Part shown: piece after piece, positions 29,234 through 41,100 of the stretch
How the letters are laid out: each line of letters starts with the position of its first letter
How positions within the stretch are numbered: the first letter of the stretch is position 1
NCBI RefSeq assembly: GCF_037042905.1
Contig: NC_087250.1
Location: 18,168,001-18,232,000, forward strand
Length of the DNA stretch: 64,000 nucleotides
DNA from: Lytechinus pictus
Lineage: Eukaryota
Direction: 5' to 3'
Made by a program: the position numbers and the translations under genes
Notes under the pieces: generated by a model
The model's input: only the letters and a program-made list of their open reading frames with translations
The model's database searches: none
What the model was told of the DNA's origin: nothing

Positions 29234-29259
29234 TAATTGAGGTAACTTAGTCTAGGAAA

Positions 29260-32200
29260 TTAAAGTTTTTGTAGAAGAAATGTTTTAAGTTTATATTTAA
29301 ATACATTAAGGGATAGAGAACTTTTGACATCTTCAGGGAGACTGTTCCAGAATACAGGACCATTATGAATTATTGACTTTCGGGATAATGATAATTTCCC
29401 ACATGATACACGGTAATCAGATTTTCTTCTAGTATCATAATTGTGAATATCAGAATTTTTACAAAATAAAGAATCAAAATTTATTGGAAGTAATTTCTTA
29501 TAGTATAAATACATAAAGATACCAAGATTGTAACTATATAATTCATACACAGGCAATATTTTAAACTTAAGAAAGAGTGGAGCAGTGTGAGCTCTGAAAC
29601 TAGAATAAGATATCATTCTGATTACTCTTTTTTGTAAAACTAAAGTTCTATCTAATAAATATTTATTTGAAGACCCCCAAACAATAATTCCATAATTGAG
29701 ATATGACAAAATTAAAGTGTTATAAAGCATTAAGAGAATATTTTGTGGGACAAATTCACGTAATCTATTTAAAACACCTATATTTCTAGAAATGAGGGAG
29801 TTTATTTTGTTAACATGACTTTTCCATTTTAAATTATCATCAATGTGAATTCCAAGAAATTTTACACTCTCCACCCTTTCTACTTCAGTATCATTAATAT
29901 ATAATTTAACAGGTTTTTTATCTACATTGTTTCTACTGATGATCATAAAATTTGTTTTCTGAATATTCAAAGCTAAATTATTAACAGAGAACCATTCCTG
30001 TACTTTATTAAGTTCAATATTCATATTTTGTTGTAAATAACCTATGTCACTGTGGCTAAAAAATATATTTGTGTCGTCAGCAAAAAGAACAAATTTTAAT
30101 AAATTAGAACAGAGATGAAGATCATTAACATATATAAGGAAAAGAAGAGGACCGAGGATTGAACCCTGCGGTACGCCTATTGATACTTTCTTGAACGAAG
30201 AATGACATGAATTATAAAGAACACATTGCTTTCTATTACTTAAATAATTGTGTATTAATTTAAGGGAAATACCTCGTATTCCATAAAAAGATAATTTACT
30301 AAGCAATATGTCATGGTTAATACAATCAAACGCCTTTTTTAGATCAATGAACACTCCAAACGTTATTTCGTTATTCTCATAAGCATTTATAATGTCATTT
30401 AAAGAATCTATCAGAGCATGAGATGTACAATGTTTTTCTCTAAAACCAAATTGTTTTTGATAAAGTATATGATTATTGTTAAAATATGTAATTAGCCTAG
30501 TATAAATACATTTCTCCAGCATTTTGGAGAAACATGATAATAAGGAAATTGGTCTATAATTTGAGAAAACATTTTTTGAACCAGATTTATATACAGGAAT
30601 AACTTGTGATATTTTACAACTATCAGGAAATATACCTTCTTGAATACATAAATTGAAAATAAAGCATAATGGTTTACATAAAATATGAATTGTCCTTTTT
30701 ACAACAACATTTTCAACGCCATCAATTCCTGGGGCTTTTCCATTCTGTAAACAATTTGCAATGTTAATAATTTCCTGTTCTGTAATTGGTATGAGAAATA
30801 AAGAACAAGGCAGGGTGTTTTTCAGGTAAAAACTATAATCAATATTACCTCTTGCAATGTTGTTAGTGATAGTATGTCCAATATTGGTAAAATATTCGTT
30901 AAATGCAAGTGCAATGTCATTTTCATTTCTGATTTCTATTTCATTATACCTAAAAACTAAGTTATTATCAGAGGTTTCAGGTTTCTGTTTGTTTAATAAA
31001 CAATTTATAACTTTCCATGTTTTGCAAAGATTGTTTTTTACTTTATTAAATTTAGAGTAATAAAATTCTTGTTCAGTTTTTCTAACAAGACTCACATATT
31101 TATTCTTAAAAGATTTATATTTTGCCTTTTTATTATCCGTAGGTTTCTTTATGAAGTTTGCATACAACCTGTTCTTCTTTCTATACATACGTTTGAGTGT
31201 AATATTAAACCAATCATTCTTTTGTTTTCGGCTTACTATTTCTTTTAATGGAAAACTAATTTCATATATTTCAAGAATAATTTTCATGAATTCATCATAG
31301 AGCAAGCTAGGGTCAGCAATATTGTGACTGTCATAAATACAAGAAAAGTCAAACTCTGATATTCTTTGTAAGAACCTAAGGATGCCATCTTCAGTAATTT
31401 GCCGTTTATGAAATTTTTTACTCGACTTCGTTGGCAACGAATAATCAAAAATAGAAAATATTGGATAATGATCAGAAACATCACAGATAACAGAACCATA
31501 ATAAAGGTTACATGAGTTATTAACAAAAATATTATCAATTAAAGTTGACGAAGTTTGAGTAATCCTGGTGGGTAGACTTATTAGTGGGGAAAAAGAAAAT
31601 GATGACATCATTTCAAGAAATTCATTAACATAATTCAATTGATCAATCTTTTTTATATCAATATTGTAATCACCCAAAAATATACAATGTTTCTGCTCAC
31701 CATTAACCTTTTCAACAATATTGGTAAGAACATTAATAAATTCATTGATTGATTTTTCAGGGGGTCTATAAAATACTCCAATTATGAGGTTTCTACCCAG
31801 GTTAGGAATTTCAATAAAGCAACTTTCACATGTATCACAAAAAATATTAAGATCACATCTGTTTACAAAATCAATACTATTTTTTATACCAAAGCCAACA
31901 CCACCGCCATGTCTTTTATGACGGCCTAATCCGACATATCTATAATCTTTAAAAATATATTCTGGTGCAGTGTTCTCTTTTATCCAGGTTTCAGAAAAAG
32001 CAATTCTCGCTACCCCAAATAGCGATTTCGCCGAGATCCGGGAAAATCCCTGTAACGCGCATTGCATTATGGGATAGCTTTTTCGGTATTACAACTTCCT
32101 GTTCGGAAGTACAATGCACTGTTTTGCCATTCAGTTCAACAGTGCCGTCATGCACAACAACACAACGTCGCTTTCGCTCGGAAAGTTCGTCATCACAACC

Positions 32201-32923
32201 CTCTCTTTCACGAAACAGTTTAACGGCCTTTTCTGCTAAAGTCACTAATTCTGCCCGACGCTTTCCATTGCACGGTATTCCTCTGTCAGTTAAGATTTTT
32301 TTAAGTTCCGAAACTTATTTTTTTATCCATTTTGTGGTCGACTAAAAATTGAACGGAGTGAATGCTGTATATATTTAGCGTCCAGTCTAGTCCGATTGTG
32401 ATGTCAGGCCGGTCGCTAAATGCAAAATATTAAGATATTCATTTTTTGTTTACTTTTTTTATAACCAAATAAAAACATGAATAAAAATTATTTTCACGTG
32501 AAATATATTTTTTATTTTTATTTATAATTCAAATGGAATCAAAACTGACCAAATTTAATAAAAAGTATTATAATCTGTACATATTACGCTGATTGGCATC
32601 GATTTCAGCGTGGTGGAAAACTCAGTATCGCGAACCTCGCGCGAGCATGACTCTGAACCGGAAGTGGTGATGACGACCCGACGGAGTGAAAATTATCTCG
32701 TCTCGCGCATTATGAGATTTTTGTTCCTATTTGGGGTAGCGAGAATTACATCAAATTAATAATGTAATGAATACAATAAAGTCTCTATTTCAGAATAATT
32801 TCTATTCAAGCTTCTACAGTTAAGGTGCATAATAGAAAATTTATTTTGAGAAAACATAGCAAGCTCAGTCCTGAGCTGCTCAGGGGTTAATTGACACTCA
32901 CACTCACTTGTCATCATTTCCAT
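29260..32923 (-). pseudogene. LINE ORF2 (APE endonuclease-reverse transcriptase), disrupted by one stop and one insertion
   Basis: N-terminus MEMM..FSIMHLNCRSL..Y*FDVI (32923-32744) joins AFSETW...GDYN...SDH...DLKKAFD...GVPQGSILGP...LFADD; >900 codons open. Confidence 0.92.
32006..32743. mobile_element. 738-bp non-autonomous DNA transposon, perfect 17-bp TIR, AATT (or AT) TSD
   Basis: AATT|CTCGCTACCCCAAATAG ... CTATTTGGGGTAGCGAG|AATT; removing it restores the ORF2 frame. Confidence 0.9.
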
Positions 32924-33170
32924 TAGAATATTACCTCAGAAGAAGAGAAAAAAAAGGAAGTCAAGAAGGTAAAAATACATGCAAGTAATTAAATCAAAAT
33001 ATGATGGATATATACATATGTACAAACATAAAAATTGCAAAAGCAATGAAAGTTCAAAAGTAGGAGCACTAAATTCCAATAGTCCAGGAACCACAATTAC
33101 ATTAAATTAGACCAGATCATAGTAAAATTCCGCCCAATAGGCTTTGGTTGGTAAGTATGGGAAGAAGTCG

Positions 33171-33900
33171 TCATCTATGCCTGGGCAAGTTGGAGAGGTC
33201 ACTGTCACTTGATATGAGTTTTGTCACTTTCTTTCCATTTTGAGCTTTGATCAGAGCAATGACTTTTCCATCTGTTGTCCATGCTTGTTCTACAGCTTCA
33301 CATCTAAAAGTTGCTTTCAAGAGATCAAGTTTGCTTTTGATGAGGTCCTCCATGATGCTCATTCCTGTGTTTTTCAGTAGTTTTTTATTCTTCATAAGCA
33401 CTTGTCGCGATCGATAGCTCGTGAACTTCACGAGAATGGGACGTGCATGAGCCTTCTTCCTGTCAGGAGGCTTGTTTGTAGACTTCTGCTGTTGTTGAGT
33501 CTCCTCTTGGACTGATGGGGGTTTACCAGTACGATGAGACCGATCTATTTCATTTATGGATAGAGGTATACCCATACGCTTTGCAACATCAAGAACAAGC
33601 TGGTCTGTGTTTTCTCCTTTGTTTTCTTTGATGCCAAATATCCTTAGACTGTTTCGGCGACTATATTGATGAAGTTCCTCATATTTCATTTGATTTGCTA
33701 CAGCTTGATCACTTGTTGACTTGAGTTTTTTCTTGAGACTCACAATTTCTTCATCCTTCTTTTGGAGCTTTGATTCTAACTCCAGAATTTTGCCTTCATT
33801 TTCATCTATCCTCTCTTGCAGTTGAACCAGCTTATTAGAGATTGATTCAGAGACGATGTTTTCAATAAAGTTCAGGAATTTTCTGTCACTAATGATGCCA
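33171..33900 (-). CDS. LINE ORF1 (coiled coil + L1/Tnp22-like RRM), 5'-truncated
   Basis: EELHQYSRRNSLRIFGI, IDRSHR.G, RPILVKF, I.EDL; upstream heptad-rich stretch. Confidence 0.88.
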
Positions 33901-35498
33901 TAATTTGTAATTGCTTAAACTTTTAAACAACTTGCTTAAAACGTTTAAACAGTTGTTTAAAAAGCTTAAACAGTTGCTTAAAAACAATAGTCGTTAGACT
34001 GAAGGGCTTAAAACAACTTGTATATAGTGTAATACATTAGCGTTGTACATATCCATAAACAATGATCCATTGCTTAATTCGTTTCAAGTTATTTGATGCA
34101 TGCACGTTCATTGGATATACAGGCGTAAAAAGAACCCAGTAGGATCATGTTGATAGTTTTAGTATAGAAAGCCATTCACCTTTCTTCTATGGAATACCGA
34201 CTATTTACATTTGAAATCTTCTATCCACCGTAACCGAATATTTCATATATTTTCAATGACTACATTTTCATTGGATATTGTAAATAGCTTTTTGTACGAG
34301 ATGGTTTATATGAGAAAAGTGCTTACCGACCTGTTGTTCTTGTGTTAATATATAATTCAAATATTGATATATCTACGAATTGAACAGAAATATACGATGC
34401 ATAAGTAATAGCAACACCTACCATTTTTACGATAGATTTAATACGTAGGTGGTTCTGCACGTGCTTATATAATTTCTAGAATTGATAATTCCGAAACCCA
34501 GTATTGCGTGAAATAGGCATTCAGAATTATAAACATGTTTCAAGATATTCACACATTGCAGGCTCAGATCTCGGGCGGTGGGGTGGGGGGGGGGGGAAAG
34601 AATCAATGACCTTATAATTAGGTGACAACCTTGTCAATTTCTCAACGGGTTAGCCTTTGGAAATTTGACAAGCAAAAACAAAAAAAAGAAGAAAAAGAAA
34701 ATCTGGTTATCGTCCCTAATTTTTTAAGGTCATTTTGACAAAAATAAATTTGACAAGCAAGGTCATCTCATCCTAATTACATGCTTTATTTCGATTTTGA
34801 AAGATTTGTATTTTTCCATCATAAAATACCAAACATAGTAGGGGACATTTGAAATTATGTCCCCCAACTATTTTGGGTAGGGGGACGCGTCTCCCCCCCC
34901 CCCTGTCCCCCTGAGATTTTCGCCCATGAACATGTAAAATGTGCCACCCCTTTTTAAAAATCCTGGATCCTGAAGCACCCCGTAAAATTTCAACTCTGGA
35001 TCCGCGCCTGCATTGCGTAAAATGTTTACAGTGTTCAACGACACACAAATGAAAACGGGTCCCCGTTATTTACAAAATGAATAATATTCATTTAAAATAC
35101 ACATTGCGGAATGAGTCTGTTTGTGTCAAAGAGAGACAGAGAGGGGGCAGGGGATTTATATTATCTTTCTCTGACTGGAGGAATACAAAAACATATCAAA
35201 TTGAGAACTAAAACCTAAATACATAGGCCTATAACAGCGCAGTAAATGATCACTTTATATTTCCATTTCCATTTCTGCACTGTTAACTTTTAAAATACGT
35301 GTATAGAAAATGTAGACAAACTAAAATGTTACAAAACGAGAAACCAGAAAAAAGACTGGCTTAATCATGTCCATACAATTTACGTACAATTTTGCCAGTG
35401 TTTTTTTCCCGTCAATACAATATCATAAAAATATGATACACATTAATAAATTTGCAGTGGTCATTTCTCTGACCATATACTAGTAGTGTATTCAATAT

Positions 35499-35805
35499 TC
35501 AGGTGATTTCAAGGGAGAAGAATCTATCCCTTAGATCCAATAATTTGGCATCGGTGAGGGCTCCCTTCAGCCTGTCATGTTGCTCTACAACTGCCGTTTC
35601 GGCTCTCCAGTCCATTAGCATTCTGTGGGTTCCTCTGGCGGTAACCTGGCCTTCTAGTCTGTTGAGATCGTGACACCGTTGCTGGGCCCCTGAGGCGACT
35701 TTCAGAGCTTGCATCAGCCTATCAAGATGGTCATCGTTTTCGATTTCGTTGGCGAGATCGTAGAGAACCTTGTCATCCAGCCTTTTTGAACAGGTTGATG
35801 ACGAC
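35499..35805 (-). CDS. Terminal exon encoding a death domain
   Basis: [13 protein letters not shown]...[10 protein letters not shown]...[10 protein letters not shown]...[18 protein letters not shown]; helical death-fold pattern (ML.DW, L..AL); acceptor cacaag. Confidence 0.85.
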
Positions 35806-35973
35806 CTTGTGTGAACATTGAATAGAGCGGGGGGGGAAAATGCAAAAAAAATGTTCCACTTTTTTTATCACGATTATAAAAACACCATACGAGATAGTTT
35901 ACAATGTGAATGTATGCTTGTGCTAGTGTGTTTGTTATGGTTAGGTGTGTGAGGGTTTGTGTCCGTTTGTAAG

Positions 35974-36041
<68 letters not shown>

Positions 36042-36046
36042 ATCTT

Positions 36047-36092
<46 letters not shown>

Positions 36093-38129
36093 TCATACCT
36101 TGGTCAGTTCGGTCTACTACCATCGGTTTCACGCTTTCGGCGATCTTCAGGCAGACTGATGATTTGAGTTGGTTGTGTCTGTGTGCTGCGATGGGTCGTC
36201 ACACCTGATTGGTTTTCTGGGGGGTCTTTGCCGATGTCTGTGGCGGCACTTTGAGATTATTTATGACCTTTTGTTGAGGCACTATTTGTTGTTGGTGATA
36301 ATTATATACTTCTCTTCTAGGCAGAGATTGCAGAGCCCACTCTTTTTTAGGTTAGTGTTCGACTTCTTCTCTATCCCCCACGTTAATTCAAATTTGGTGT
36401 TTGCTTCCTTTAGTTTCCATATATAATTAGAGAGTTGAGTTTCATTTTTGTATTATTCATGCTTCATTGGTTTGATGTGATTCCTGTATCTGTCCTTGAA
36501 AGTACCCCCCCCCCCCCCGCAAGACCATAATAGCATTTTTCCTCGTTTTCGTGTCGGATGTTGGCTTTGTAGACGAGGGCCGTTTCTAAACATCTTCCTT
36601 GCAGTGGGCACTGCGTTTTCATACGACAGTTACATTTCCGCCTCGGCTCCTCCTCTTTAGTCTTGGCTTGTGTGATGACTCTCTGGTTGTGTGATTTCAT
36701 TACTGCATCCTGTTTCTCATGCAGCTGTAGCTTACTTTAAATGTATTTTTATTAAACATTTGGTGCAGTTTGTTACCCTTCGGGAAGTGTTTGTTTATTA
36801 ACTTCAGGAATTTGCCACCCACGTTTGTCTTGACCTCTGCGTTGTAGGGGGGATTGAACCACGTGATTTTCCTTTTCCTATTTACTCTGCTTCGACTAGG
36901 CCCCCTTCTCTTCGTTTGCATTTGTGTTTTTCATACTGAATTTTCGTATCAAAGCCGCTATTTTTCAGGACTTTGTCGTATGGGGGCGCTGCTTCTTTAA
37001 AGATGCATTCATTTGACGATAGACTCGATATTCTTTTTTCTACAGCTAATGGTATCTTCTTGAGTATAGGAGGGGTTGGTTTGAGTTCTTGTGTATGTAT
37101 AGGGGCATGTTGTTTGGTTTCCTGTAGGGCTGGAATGTACTGTTGTTGAGGTCAAGGGTTACGCCCAGGTAGTCGACGGTCTTAAGGTTGGTCTGGACCG
37201 TAATGCGTAAGCCCATCTGGTTGAATAAATTAATTAGGTCTTTCCGTGACCTATCGGCTCTACTGCCCGAGGCTCTCCCGAGTACGACGAGGCCGTCATC
37301 CCGATAAAGGCCTACACTGTGGGTTTTATTTTTTTTTCATTTTTGTCAGCGCGTAGAGCGCTACGAGTTCGCATACCTCGGCTCCATTGTGCGCCCCCAT
37401 CATCTATTCATCATCTTCATCTATTTCGAGAACATTCGTGTCTTGCATGGCCGAATGCAGACCTTTTGGGGTTTTTGAAGGGGGGTGGGGCAAGTTTCAT
37501 AAAATTTTGCCTGGAATAAAAATGGAGCAAAGTGACCAAGCTTGTCATGGATTAAAAAAAATGAAATTGAATATTTATTTAGTACACACGTTAGTGTTTT
37601 TTTCTTTTAAATACTTCTTAATATTTCCTTTAACGTAGATACGGCTATATAATCTAGAAAATAGGGCTTACATACTACATACTTTTGCATACGTCATCAA
37701 ACGAATTACAACTAGAAACATTTAAGCAAAAAAAAGTAAGTGAATATGATTATCGACATGACGTTTATATGATGTTTTTTTACATCATATTCAGTATTAA
37801 TTCATCAAAGTAAAACCCGAAATACAATTTCATAAAGATAAATTATCGTTAATCTGTGTCAAAATAATTAAGCAACATTGTATTTGTTCTCGAAGTGTTT
37901 CACGCACTACTTCTAGGTCCAGGAGATACAATGTACATTATGGATGAGTTGATTTAAGTAGAATGAAAATAGAGGTTATTTTATTAAGTTTCATATTTTA
38001 CAATATTAATACTTACGCGTCAGTTATGTCACCTGCAACATAAAAAATACAATGAATGAAATGATAATAATAGAAAGCAGTTAAGAGACGCTGATCACTA
38101 CGACTTTAGTTCCAGTGTAATAATTATAT

Positions 38130-38171
<42 letters not shown>

Positions 38172-41100
38172 TACATATATATATATAGTATATATATATG
38201 TATATGGAGAGCTTGATTCCAAAAGGAATTTTTTTTAACAAACTTATGTATCTTAGACTTGGGAATCATATGAAATATATCGCATTTGAAAAAAATGGAA
38301 AGGTTGGTAAAAATTAATTGCAAATTTTGCATATTATCTTGATCTCGTTAAGGAAAACAAAGTTTTTGTCTTCATTAATCGCTTCTGATTCAGCGTATTA
38401 AAACAATAATAGGGTAGATGACGAACTCGATGTATTTTTTTGGGGGGAGGGGTTACATGGCTGGGGCTGGGGTGTGGGAATAATGTAGTTGCCATAGTGT
38501 GCTGGTGTGTGTATGGCTTTCAATCTTTGATATTAAGTAGATATGATGACTTAAATTCATGATTTGTTGCAGTCAACTATTAAAGTGATCATTCCTCCGC
38601 AACGATATTCACAATTTATTTACCTCTTATAATGATGATGATAATAGTGGTCATGATAATAATAAAAAATAATAATTAGAAGGGCTTATTAGAATCACTC
38701 GCGTCGTGTTCGAAATCACTCGGGTTTTGGATTTTTTGCATTTTTTTTTTGAGTGCGATCTTTTTTTCTAACGGTATCTGCAATGGGACAATCACGCTGG
38801 GAAAATAAAATGAAATTGAAATTCGAGTTTCGTTTTAAGCTGGAAAGTGCCTTATAAAATGTACTCGACTTCTGTTTTAACATAACAAAAAAGCAATAGT
38901 CCTCCTTTAGGGCTCCGTCTATGGGATTTTAATGTTTAATTTAAATTTTTGTAATACAGGGAAAGCCGTAAAGGAGGAGAAAATAACAGGGATTAACAAG
39001 GCGATTTCGTCGCTAGCCAACTGTCTTTAAAACTGTTTGAGCTTTTAAAATTAATTTAAGATACGATTTTAAAATCGATTTAAAATTATAAGTGTCTAAA
39101 AGTGGCAGAGTGGTTTTGAAGAGGAGGGAAAAGAGGAGTTGATTGAATAATTAGGACAGGATAAATACGATTTTGAAATTGATTTTGAAATCGATTTTAA
39201 AATCAATTTCAAAGTCGATTTAAGTTCAATATTAGATCAGTTTTAGTATCAGTTTTAAAAATCCCATTCACATTTTTACTGATGCTGATGAGAAATTAGT
39301 TTGGTTGTCAGAACTTTATTTGTCCTGCGTCTAAACTGTGTCCGAGGGACTATTTTAATTTCGGAAGGTAGGAGAGGCAAAGAAAAAATAAGACAAATTT
39401 TATTAGAAAGTGACAATTTTAAGAGCAACATTTTAAAACGCCGATCGAAAAGATCGTCTTCACAGCTCATTACGTATATGCATTAAATCACGGATGGCTA
39501 TGCATACCGCTGAAGAAAATACTTTCGGACGGGCTGCGGACTGGCTGGCACTGTAAAACATACGTTGGATCTACCACGGCTCGACTCACGTTAGCTTGCT
39601 CCATGCTACCGATGCACGTCGTGTCCGACCGCGGCCGGGTCCCGCCTTGGGGCCATTGCATGCAGGCATGTCCGCATATGGGAATATCGATGTGGCAGAT
39701 ATGGCAAGTTCCGACTCGGAGTCATCGTTTAAGACACAGTAGAAGTCCGGATATATTCTAAGTTAGTTGAGCCACATGGCTGATTTGCTTGTTTGTTATG
39801 TTAAAACAGTAGTCGCGTACATTTTATTTAAGGCACTTGCCGGCTTAAAACGAAACTCGAATTGATCAATTTCATTTTATTTACCAGCGTGTTTGTACCA
39901 TTGAAGACACCGTTAGAAAAAAAAATCGCACCGATTAAAAAAAACACGACAAAAATCCAATACCCGAGTGATTTTGAACGTGACGCGGCGCGAGTGATTA
40001 TAATAAGCCATTATTAGAAGAGTGATGATGAAAATTATAAAATAATAATAATTTTAAGAGTAATAACTACACTACTGATGACAATACTACAACAACTAAA
40101 ACTATATGTACTACTACTAATAATAATAATGATAATAATGATGATAAAATGATAGTGACTAGAGTAGAAATCGAGTTGCTTACCGAATTTAGCATTGAAG
40201 ACATGGCCATCGTCACAATGCGGCCGGAAATGGAAACTAAAATAAACATCAGAGTTACCGGTCGCTTTCACTAAGAAATTGACGACATTTCTATCCAGCC
40301 TGTAGATTTCGTCTAGTGACACAGCCTTCGTTCATGTATAGAAGCAGAAAGAAATTCAAGTACAAAGGTGCTATGAGCCTAATTACATCAGCAGGGCTTA
40401 ACATATTTGTTCGACCCAACCCATTCGATTTTTTTTCAATTTGATATTGGTGATTGACAAAAGTGTATGAATATGATTCAAAATCTCACACTGATTCTAG
40501 AAATGGTAACTACTGAACTTCCTTTGCCCAAATTGGGGATATATCAATGATTTGGAACTATTTTTTGACTGGCGGAAGAATTGAGGCTATTTTACTGTTT
40601 CAGTTGATGAATTTGATCCCATCATAGTTATCTTCATAAATGGCGATTTATTTTTAAAATGAAGTGGCTACGATACCCTTCTCTGGTCAGATATGGAATG
40701 TCAGATATATATCCTATCCAAAGGTAGTAAACATTCGACCCTCTAATTTCACATTTATTTTTTTTAATTAATTTTTCTTAAGTGCCATTTTAACATACAG
40801 GTCTATGGGGAATGTTTTACGCGCGTGACACTGATAGTTAATACAGGCGAATTCCCTATAGTGGATGGAATACCTGCCCAAACTCCTTAGTAGCAAATAA
40901 TTTCTAACTGACATCAATATGTTTAGTCATCAAGTGGAGAAAAATTGATTTAATGGATTAGCAAGGCTATATCACGTAAAGTTAGTAGGTATGTGTATGT
41001 AAGCCTAGGAATGCATATAGACTGGTCGAGTCAAGGCCTCTTTATGTTCTGATTTATCATTGATTTGTGCTAGTGTATGATCACCTACTTAATATTAGAA

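Larger units (their letters stand above)
28930..33900 (-). mobile_element. Young, near-complete CR1/L2-group LINE (ORF1 + ORF2 + 3' UTR + (AATC/AATG)n tail)
   Basis: ORF1 33171..~33900; ORF2 32923..29260 with an insertion at 32006-32743; tail aataaatgaatgaatcaatcaatc. Confidence 0.95.

Noticed and set aside
32744..32890. Apparent piggyBac end (CAGGGG-TTAA at 32881-32890)
   Set aside because: The segment translates in frame as the LINE ORF2 N-terminus (QLTPEQ...HLNCRSL).
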